Positions 22,495 to 33,026 of a stretch of DNA of 35,362 bases are shown here, piece by piece. The notes beneath the pieces are model-generated. The model did not search any database, had not been told where the DNA came from, and saw only the letters and a list, made by a program, of their open reading frames with translations. This DNA comes from Asterionella formosa. Lineage: Eukaryota. Location of the stretch: NCBI GenBank assembly GCA_002256025.1, contig NKIB01000089.1:1-35362 (forward strand), given 5' to 3'. Position 1 is the stretch's first letter, and each line of letters opens with the position of its first letter. Both the position numbers and the translations under genes were made by a program.

Positions 22495-23812
22495 AGAATG
22501 AGGGGACCAAATGAACCTTTTGAGCATCTCCACTGCATGGTCCAAATACCAAAGCAAATTGAAGTTGAAATTATTAAGCAAGGCACTTGGTTGACGAAAT
22601 TTTTATCGATAGTCAAATCTTAAATATTCCCCTGGCAAAATTCTTTAGAAACTTTAGTCATGTTCAGAAATTAAATTTCACACCCAAACCACTAGATAGA
22701 ATGACAGCGCGATAACAGAATTCTACTGGATAGAGTGTCTCGTCATGACAAAAAAATTATGCACATAGCAAAATGTTGAGCTGTCACAACCAGTATTTAT
22801 GTATATATACCTCCCAATTGAAATCATTAATTGATCACTTTTTCCACTGGTGATTCTTGACAAGATACAGATGAAATGGACAGCACACTGCACTCAAAAA
22901 TGATCCAAAGGAGGTGAAAGGCTTAATGAATTTCTTTTCTCTGTCATCGAGGAGCATATTGCATGCTTTGATGGGACCTGCAAGCCTTGCTTCAGTAGCA
23001 AGGATATTCTTTGCTTCCTGGAAAGGCTGTTGATGATATTATGGGAGTAAATTATAAAAATGTAATGACAGCAGCAAATGAATGGATAATATTGATGTGC
23101 CAATAATACAGACCTGTGTTGATGCTGTCAGCTGTAGAACCACAGCTGTCAGTATCCATGAGCATGACCAAATGTAAATCAATCAGGAATAAAAAGAAAT
23201 ATGGATCCAAATGGTTGGTTGTTGATGATGCAAGATCATCATCATCATCAACTGAATCATCAATGGAAATTTGAGGCAATACCAAAAGAAAAAATAAGCA
23301 TCGTTCATCTTTGTCAGTCTTCCCATCTGATGGAATCCTGGTATGGCAAAGAACAGCATGGTCCAATGATGTACTCTGCACAAAACCCACAAATGAATTC
23401 TAGTGCAGTAAGAAATGGCATATTGTGGCATGGGAAATTTGTTACTGGTTATAAATCGAAAATTTAGAAAAGTTCCCAAACACGAATTTCCGAGCAGTGA
23501 GCATGGGGCCTAAGGAGCAAGGGCCTAATGATTGTTTTTGTCTATTTACATAAATACAAAAATTATTGTGCTGCTCTACGCTTCTTTTCTTGTAACGTGT
23601 GTACAAGCGTGACGATTGACCAGACCAATGCATGATGTGAATCCCAAAGTTCAGCCGTTTCGGTTCCACCATCATACCCGTTTTTTTTGTTTTTCAGAAC
23701 GTGGTCACTATCAGGTACAACATGTTGTTCTCGCGTCTATCACATTAAGCATTTCACCATCGTATCTAGAATTGCACTTTCTCTTTACCGATCTCAACGG
23801 ATCATTGCAACC

Positions 23813-24439
23813 ATGGCTGGTGTTTCCCAGAATGCACAAAGAAAAGCTTGGAACGAAGCCATGCGATCGGCAGCAGGTGCTTCCGCTTTGCCTGCAGCGC
23901 TTCAGACTAAACTTTCAGCGAGGCGATCGGATCGACGCAAGCAAGCCAGGCGCGAAAAGGCTCGCAAGGTAGCAGTCATGGGTGACGAAGAATTCAGATC
24001 AGCAGTCTGGATGGATGCTCTTGAAGAAGTCGATACCGCGGCTGCCGCGGTTGACGAGGAAGAAGAATATGACGAACTGGATGAACTTGACAACAAGCGG
24101 AAACGTCGCAAGACGACGCATAAAACAAAGGCAGGCATTTTACCAAAAAGATTTAAGACGCGATCATTTGCCTCAATATTGCTGGAAGAATCTGCACGAG
24201 ATGATGGCATATCAACAGATTTTCTAAATGCTGAAGCGAGATTATCGGAGCCATTACCGAGACGAAGATTTTGTCCAGTAACTGGTCAGCTGGGTATATA
24301 TGTTGATCCGAAGAGTGGTGTCCCATTTGCAAACTTGAAGGCTCTGGAGCAGATCCGGGAGCGAGCGCCACCATGGATGACACTTGGAGGAACAGCTGCC
24401 TTTCATGAAGCCATCAAGTCGTTGAGGCAAGAAGAGTAA
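23813..24439 (+). CDS. SWR1/INO80 chromatin remodeller subunit (Swc6/Ies6-like) with YL1_C-type domain
   Basis: ATG at 23813 (MAGVSQ); RRFCPVTGQLGIYVDPKSGVPFAN matches YL1_C; upstream DALEE, acidic and basic tracts, RSFASILLEE. Confidence 0.85.
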   Translation: MAGVSQNAQRKAWNEAMRSAAGASALPAALQTKLSARRSDRRKQARREKARKVAVMGDEEFRSAVWMDALEEVDTAAAAVDEEEEYDELDELDNKRKRRKTTHKTKAGILPKRFKTRSFASILLEESARDDGISTDFLNAEARLSEPLPRRRFCPVTGQLGIYVDPKSGVPFANLKALEQIRERAPPWMTLGGTAAFHEAIKSLRQEE

Positions 24440-26699
24440 GAATGTCATATTCTTGTTAAGGCGACGATTTTTGAAAAACGCATGGATCCAGAAGGCACTC
24501 TTAGATCAGGATAGTCTTCGTTAAATGTGCATCATTTGGGAACTGTGCACCAAGGTGGTTGGTCCATTATTTTAAAATTAATATATTGTTATTCTACCAT
24601 ATCAGCACATAGTAAGTATTAGGCTGTCTATGCGCGAACTTTGTGCTCAAATTTAGCATTAAATCAGGCAAAGGTTTGATTAATGAAACTTTTTATAATG
24701 AGCGAATCCTTGGATGATCCTTGTATCAGCTGCCGTAAAACGGTGATAATCTATTAAGTGCAGAAGGCAATTCCATTTTCACCATCATCCTAAATGCCCA
24801 GGCGGATGTTAACTGTGTTCATTGAAGACTCGAATACCGATTCATCGTCAAATTGATGTGGCTGGTTGGTTGTTAAATCACTCGACTCCTGATGATATTT
24901 GTAGCATTGCATCATGCTTGCTTTGTTGTGGTGGCATTCGGTTCCTTTCACTACTGATTCCTGAATGCACTTCCGATCAACAATTTGCTAGCTTTGATTG
25001 ATACTGATGAATCAGTTGATGATTCTTGAATATTGATTTTGATTGGTCATTTCAGATCATAATTTAAAGGCTACAGTAAGTCCAATTTAGTTTTCCGTCG
25101 TCTTGGTTTAGTTTTTAGAATGTTTCTATACATTTATCGGAATCGGATATCAGATCTCAGATGGAAGTTTAAGTGCTGTTCTGTTGGCACAACAGTATTG
25201 CGTCATGTCTTCTTATTACAATATTACTTTTGATACTTTTCTGTTATCATTTACTATGACTGCAAACTGGAAGAAAATAAATCCCAACTGTCAATCTCCA
25301 AGTCTGGCAATGTCCCCTTGGACTAGCGCCTAGAGTCACCATGTATGTTGAACTGACACCGGGTGAGTTTTCCTTTTCTTAAGCTCAGGTTTCGTTTGCC
25401 AGGAAGCGCCACGAGGCTTCTCTATCAAATATAGAGTAACATTAAGCGTGTAATAAATTCACTTACTAAAATTCTCCAAGTCTGACAAGCAGCAAAAGGA
25501 GCATGACGTGAACTGGTATCCTGATTTAAATCGCACTTCAAAAGAAATAAAAGAAAGTTAATGATTGTTGATGAGCATTGCATCTTCAGCTTTTGGTCCC
25601 TATGTTATTGCTTGTCCATGGCCAATGCCTTGTCATTTGAATATCATAATGATCGACACAAAGAGATACATTTCAAATCAAGCTGACTGCACTAAATTCA
25701 GGTACAGTTATCATGGTTCAAGGCATTTCTGTTTAATTATGTGCATCAATATATTCCATGGGCCAATGATTCAGGCTGCTCTCAAAAATTTGCACCACCA
25801 TCAAGACATCACCGCACTAGAACCACCAAACATCTGCAATCATGCTGTTGCCCCTCGCTCGATGAACACCACAACTGCTTGCTTCATCACATGCTCCCTC
25901 CAAGAAAATTCATTGATCTGTTACTGCTCTACCCGGTCCGATTTGTCTATTTCATTAATTTATGTTGACAAGGACCAAAAATTATAAGTTGACAATTGTT
26001 AGTTCACATGCATAGACAATCATTCACAAAAATTGTATAGTAACCCATTTTTGATGTCAGTGTTTTTCTATTACCCCCTGATCTTGTTCGTTATTGCTAC
26101 TTACCTTTCATTTTCAATTTCATTCTTTGGTTAAATTATAAAAAATTCGTAATTGTTTGACATATGTTACAATCATTATTTGTGAGATTATGCAGTATAT
26201 TTAATCGTGAGTCTTGCATTCTTAAATTTTCCAATTGCAAAGATGTATTTGTTCAACGTCATTTTGCGATGTCTGATATGTATCAGATGAGGCATCATGT
26301 GACTGCATCACATTAAGTACACTACTATATTCATTAGTATGCAACAATTTAACACATATTCGCTTTTCGGGAATCGTTATTCCATTATTTAGGCATTAAG
26401 AATCAATATCAGGTCTAGCTAGCAGTATCAAGATCAAGAAATGTGGTATTGTAGAATTGTTCAGAATTTTTAAGATCTACTCATGGCCATTCATGGTCAA
26501 GGAATGTCGAGGCTTGTTATCATCTAGTCAGAAGTTTCTAAAGCATCTATCACTACTACAGAATCCAGGCTTGCTTTGTACATATATAGACAGGAAGAAT
26601 GGTTTTAGTCATTTGCGGAGTTTTGGCTTCGTGGAGTTCTATTGGAGTGACCCCTCCTCTAGTCTTGGTTAATTACCTGATGGGCATTTAATTTGATCA

Positions 26700-27832
26700 C
26701 AATTTATTGAAAGATACTTTTAGATTGGCTTGCTTTTTGTTTGTTTATTTGTTGTTGTCATGAGCAAATCCCTTCGATCTTTGGAAAGTGTACATTCCAA
26801 AACCTACATTCTTGAATATGGAGAAGGGCGGAATCAACCGACTGTGTATGGTACCACATCAAGAGCAAATACCAGGATGATCAATTGTTGGGATTAAAAA
26901 TACGGAATGACTCGTCCCCTTTCAATGATTCAATAGCTCCTTTTGGATTTGGTGGCCAACCATCAATGTGGACAAAAGAAATCGGTAAGTGCTATCATCT
27001 TTGGATCAATCCACGACTGTTTGAAAAACTGACACATGTGTGTAGCTTCTTTCAGGATAATGGTAGACAAACAGTATTTGAAGGTTACAAACAACAGTGT
27101 TGCTTGGAGCCCATTTATTGATCGATACTTTCTCATTCAATCTTCAACTGACACATTCTTTTACAGAAATATGCATCAGTTACTTCCTCAATTTGTGGTA
27201 AGTGAAGATAGAAGCGAAATGCATGTTGTTGTGGAAGCAAAACATGAACAGCTAACAATGAACTGCTTCTCTTTGCTAGTATGATTGGGAAAACGAAACG
27301 GATTAGATAGTAATGGGAAAATGAATGCGAATTCAGAACCGTCAGGAGTAAAAGGAAAGCATGGGAACAAGGGCAAGGCAACCAGTGCAACAACATTCAG
27401 AATTGGATTGGGGTGAAGGTGGAAGTGAAAGCACCAATCATTGCAATGAGAGAATTGTTTAACATTCTGTAGCCACTCAAGATATAGAAACATAAAACCA
27501 TTTTTAAACATAATTCTAAACTTCGATCAAATTCATCTTATTTTAGACAGTGATTTCGATGTGAATTACGATCATGTTAAGATAGACGATGTATGACAAA
27601 AGTATACACATCATAGGCCCATGTTTAACTAATTATATGATACAATGGTATTATAACTATGATCATATCATCAGACTTCAAGCTTGGTTAAAGTTTACTG
27701 CATGATCATAATTATGTGATACATTGATCATATTTTTGATCCAAAAACTATCATATACTAAGTAAAAATCCTGTGCCACTTAGCGTACGATGCCCTTGAT
27801 CCTATATGCATGATTGTTTTTATTTGCAGACG
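26700..27832. mobile_element. Diverged second copy of the 9289-12142 TIR element (right part; left boundary not found)
   Basis: Shared blocks in the same order: GATCAATTGTTGGG, CTGACACATGT, CTTTCAGGATAAT, AACTGACACATT, TAGAAACATAAAA, TGA.AAAAG.ATA.ACATCATAGG, AAAAT.CTGTGCCA and terminal TATTTGCAGACG. Confidence 0.8.
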
Positions 27833-28301
27833 ATGTTAACCCTACAATATTGTCCCTCCAAGTGGTAAAGTGGTTGACTTCTACAGAGGAGTGAACTGTC
27901 AATTCAAAAGTGCCTGATGCAACCTTGACCCAACCTCTTCTTCATTGCCAAGAATGTTTCCCCTGCATCTTTGTCTCCCAATTACTGTTATGTCGCTAAT
28001 TTTCTTGACAACACTGTCAAAAAGTGCACTTTAGGGGTGCAAGGATGCATTGACTTGGAGTAGGCAATGATGTGATGGAAAAGTGTCACGACTAGCTAAT
28101 TGATTCAATTTGATCAGGAGAAAAAGGTGATACAAGGCGCCCAGACGGACATTTTAACAGTTACTAGAATATTCAATTGGATTGTTGATGAATGATCTAT
28201 GTATTAAGTCTAACATCGGCCTGATCCTGGTGTTGCCTCTTTCATGGTTCAAACCGACATGATCATCAATTGGACTATTCACCGCAGCCAGGTTCCCATT
28301 C

Positions 28302-28337
28302 CATGATGCCCATCATGCCCATCATGCCCATCATGCC
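28302..28337. repeat. 9-bp tandem repeat (CATCATGCC) x4
   Basis: CATGATGCC CATCATGCC CATCATGCC CATCATGCC; reads GMM repeats on the minus strand. Confidence 0.9.
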
Positions 28338-29184
28338 AATAGTAATATTTAGAGGTGAAGTCCATAACACCAAGGGAATCCGAAAAACAAAAGCTCATGA
28401 TTTGAGCATACTTCGAGATGCCCATTAAGTCCTGACAGCCGGTATATCACATACACCACTCACTGAGATGCCATTTTAGCGTCCAAAGTTTTTCATTAAT
28501 TTTCCTCAGCATCGAACAATTCTTCTGTAGTTACCTGTCATCTTCAGGCATGTAGTTGACATAGCTCTATTTACCTGGCCTTCCTTGTCCTAGAACCTCC
28601 AGGGGGCAGCTTTGCAACTGTGTGCCTCTCCGATTGTTGTGTTCTTGAATTTCGGTCCATACCACATCACGTTCTCAATTCCATCCGCTTATCCTCAACC
28701 ACCTCTTCCTTTGCATGGCAGTCGAGAAGCGTGGTGGTAACATTCGTTTTAGACTCTTACGGTACCTTTCTCGACAATTCGCAACATTTCCGTTCACAAA
28801 TATTCTTCACTCTAACTACCATTAATTCTGTTTGTTCGCTCCCATTTTATCTTTACTTTGATCACATTAATACCTCAAGGTTAAACAAATATATATGCTA
28901 GTCAAACAAATAATTATGTGTAGCCAATTCATTTTTTCAATTTCATTCTACAATCGCAAAATCAATCAAATTAATCGCTTCGCTATATAGTTTATATAAA
29001 TACTTTCTATAAAAAGCGATTCTCAAACCAATAAGACAAGCAATGGATGTTCATTCTTGCAGCTGGATGCTCTAACTAATAGCAAGATTGTTTGGCTAGT
29101 ACTCATAGTACTTGTAGGAATCCCTGTTACTACTACCAATAGATCAATTCATAGCAAATGAGCTGGCTGCTCATTCTCATTGCT

Positions 29185-29860
29185 TGGATTGATTGTCTTT
29201 TGTAGAAAGAGACGAGAAAAATTTACAGAGTGAGTTGATGAGAAAAACAAAAGTTGCGAAGCCATGATTTCGGTTCTGCTGTGCTCCTTACCATGTTCCC
29301 CAATGGCCAACCCAGCCCTCATCAAATTGATTGTCTGCGATCAGTGAACAACAATCGCAGAGTGAGTTCATCATGAACAAACAATCGTTACAAAGGCATC
29401 ATTTTCGTTGTGCTTACCATGCCGCCTGATTCCCAACAAATCTCTCGCTCAACAGATTGAATGTCTGTAGACAAAGAACAGCGTTTGCAGAGTAAGTTCG
29501 TGATCAACAAGCAAGTAAAAAGCACACAATCAAGCCCTTTTTATAATTCATTACAAATAGCAATTCATGCGCTAACAATTCCGAACAAAGACGAAGGATA
29601 ATAGGAGAGGAGATCCGCCCACAACAAGCAACCGCAAACAATATCGGCAGAAGCCAAGAAAACATTGCACTTGCTTGCCATGTATATAATTGTCCCCTTT
29701 GCACCAGAGGAATCGTTTCGACAATGCGAAAAACAAATGATTGATAGCCTGCCTGACACAGAGCACAACACATTTCATTCTTCCCAAGGTTCAACCCTGC
29801 CCTGCCAAAAACAGTTTGATTTACTGTAGGAAAAGAACAAGGTTCAGAGTAAGTTCATGA
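29185..29860 (+). repeat. Degenerate repeat of about 130 bp (three adjacent copies plus one) with splice-site-like cores
   Basis: TTGA.TGTC..AG..CAGAGT(G/A)AGTT cores near 29226, 29358, 29488 and 29845; CTTACCATG in two units. Confidence 0.7.
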
Positions 29861-31367
29861 CTGACCACTGTTCCAAATACAAACGGAACAAGCAAGGGGA
29901 AGAACGAAATGGAGGTAGAGGAAGTAAAACAACAATCAAACATAGTTCCGAACACAGTCAAAGAACACGATGGTGCAGAGCAACAAGAGGAGCGAAGAAC
30001 AACAACAATGTAACACATGACCTGTCTCCATTTTCCAACAAAATATTAACTGCTTACCAAATATTTCTCGAACTTTCAGATGCATCCTTTCTGTACTACT
30101 GACGAGGAATAACAAAACAATTGCCTGTCTGCTTCTTCCAGAACTGGCCCGCAACAGAGTCCTCGTTGCTTTTCTGGAAGCGAAGAACATGATTCACACA
30201 GTAAGATCATAGATGTTTAAACTCACACAAGACCTTTTTCCATTTCTTAACAAACAATGCATATTCAGTTCAAACGGAGGGCAAAGAACAAGCAAGAGAA
30301 TGGTATACAGCCAGAGTAACCACAATGCACCACCAGCCAGCTCCTTGTTTCCAACAATAAGATCCAAAGGGATAACAGCAGAAAAAACAGCGATAGCGAC
30401 AACGTCAACAACAACCACAATGCATAATGCATTTTACCGTCAAAGTGATATTTTGTTCCTTTACCACGTTCTAGCCAGCAGCTGCTTTCCATTAAAAGAA
30501 ACCTGGCGCGGACAGTCCCCCTCCTATACCTTCGCTTTGTACTAGCCATGTGTACATTCTACATAAGAAAAAGCTAGCGCGCAGTCTATGCTTTGTCAGT
30601 ATACTTTTTGGCAAGCAATGCAGACCTCACGAAAATCTGACAAACATGGTGAATCGTCAGGATTTTCAACGTTGTGATTTGCAAAGGGTTAGTACCAGTA
30701 ATGCCGCTAGATTGCACTACATAGGATGTCTGAATTAATTCAACTATTTATCTCACCTTTTCGGAGCGTCTACAAGCAAAACTACCGCTACAATGAAGAC
30801 TCTAACAAGGAAAATAGCTAGCTGTAGCAAATCTATCGAATATGCGAATTTCGTTACACAGAAATAGCTGTTGCATGTATTCGCGTTCATCTGATGATCA
30901 TGTCATTGTAGTCGGGCTCAGTAGAAAATAAGAGCTGCAACCAAAGCTATTTCTTTTCGGAAAGGCTACAATTGGTCTACAATGATTATTTTGTCAAATA
31001 AAATTCGGTTGACAAATCAAAGGATCAGAAACGTTGGTAGATATGTTTTATATACTGATACCCGTAGTTCTATAGAAAAAGGAGTCGCATACCGGTACTA
31101 TATTAGTGTTCATCGAATATTATTGTAGTCAGTCGAAAATGAGAGGTATTTCCGAGATAATTCAAATAGTCAACAGTGATATCTCTAGCAATTGGCTGGC
31201 ATTAGGGAAAGTAGCAATGGATGTATAGCTGTGTTAAATCGAACTGAATGAGATAATTTATTTTGTGGTTTTACAAATGATGGATCAAATATCTATATCG
31301 GCCGTTGTCTCTTTCTATTAAACAAATATCGGTACATAATCGCTATTTAATCGTGTTTTATCACCAG

Positions 31368-32935
31368 GAACGACGACAATTGCTGTTTGATATGTGGTAA
31401 GGGTCCATTTGTTTCCCTTAACCGTCATTACGCACATAGCCCCAAATGCGAAACAGCTGCTGAGTTGTTTTGTAAACCAGCAACTGGTCCAGACGACGGT
31501 CAGGAAGAATAATATGATGGATTTCATCAATCTCCACCATCACTTGCTGATGACTTTTCGTCGTCATTAAAGAAAAGGGCCAAAATGTGCGTGTCATGTT
31601 CAAACACTACACTTTGGCGATCATACCAATATATATGACATTGATCAAAAGAAGATGAAGAATATACAAGCGAAATAGTGGTACAGGATGAAACCAATAC
31701 TATTCCAGTTCTGAGCACCACAGGGATAAGGTTTTCCTCTGCCGATCCTGGTGGTATACCATTCTCACTTGGCGATGTCATGAAGTCTCGACTGCTTAGT
31801 CTTTTGCTCGGCACTTGTTCTCCTCTTTACATGTATGATCAAATCATGAATTTCTGCAGCACAGCTCAGGAAGCTGGATTCATTTTTGAATCTTGTCCTC
31901 CCAGGACGACCACTGTTCTGAAAGAATTTCAAAACCGATTTAATATGAGTTACTTAAATGCTCCAGGTGAAACAGGCCATATTGCATGATGGAAGACTGA
32001 TTTATGTTGTATGTTTTGATTTCATGGCTCAGGTTAAGAATCTCTTGACTAATGACACACTAATGTCACCAAAAAGTGTGTCATTTGATTTCGTCAATCC
32101 GTGTAAAGCACCACGACCCACCAGTGTCAGATCCGAATTTCACACTGGTACCTTGTGGATAGATGCCCATGAATAATTATGTTCTCAGCCAAATGACTTC
32201 CTTGTTCCACTCATGTTCTTTATTGACAAGCAAGACACACACGGTCGAAAAAGGAAAGTACACAATGGAGCCTGTCCTAATGTCACTTGGTATATTTACT
32301 ACCGATGTGAGAAATAAGGTCAATGCATCATGGCGGCCCATTGGATTGATCCCAAAGCTGACCTCATCATGTCTATCTGAAATCCAATCCCTAACCCCTG
32401 ATCAAAAGGAATCCGATTATCACTGTCTTTGGTGTGATTCTTGAGGGGGTCAAGAATGTCCAACAAGCTGGTGGATTCAAACACATTTTCAATTTTGGAG
32501 GCAATCAATTTACACTTAATGTGAAAGTTCCGGTTGTTCTAATTCTCGGTGATGCTGAAGGTTTAGATGGACAATGCGGGCGAAAGAAAAAATATCTGAA
32601 GACTGCCAGAATGTGTCATGAATGTGATTGTCCGTTTGATCAAATGGACAATCCATCTCATGAATGCAGTCCTGTAGGTCAGATTGATTACGGGGAACTA
32701 TTAATCCGGGGCATAAAAGATTTATTGGATAATGTGAGCCAAAGATTCATCTATCCCTTTTGGTATCAGTTGTGTTTTGGTGGCGATCCTCTTGGATTTT
32801 AATGGGCACGTTCCTCCTGAAAAACTCCATTCCATTCAAGAAGGAATAATGGATTACCTCATGGAGCTATATTCTTATATCATCGGGCGCCCCAAAACAG
32901 TGAAGGGTAATTCCAATCGAAAACTGTTTGAATTC
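31368..32935 (+). pseudogene. Plavaka/CACTA(CMC)-like transposase pseudogene, 3' truncated
   Basis: N-terminal C2HC finger CLICGKGPFVSLNRHYAHSPKC; then CFDFMAQVKNLL, EFHTGTLW, FID..KTHT..GKYTMEPVLMSLGIF..WRPIGLIP, VKVPVVLILGDAEGLDGQCGR..RMCHECDC and PPEKLHSIQEG. Frameshifted; ends abruptly near 32935. Confidence 0.8.
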
Positions 32936-33026
32936 AGCTTGTTGGTGTGCTTTGTTGGACACAGGTCTGGGTACCGGTTCGACATGATCCTTCTGGAGAA
33001 TAAGAAGTCCACCCTTCGTGACCTCA

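Noticed and set aside
22522..23513. PIF/Harbinger-like MITE (GAGCATCTCCAC... and ...GGGCC TAA)
   Set aside because: Only a partial 12-bp inverted match and no matching TSD.
27836..28884. piggyBac-like element from TTAACCCT to AGGTTAA with a minus-strand coding remnant
   Set aside because: The ends match only at TTAACC and a few further bases, and the remnant translation has no motif I can assign.
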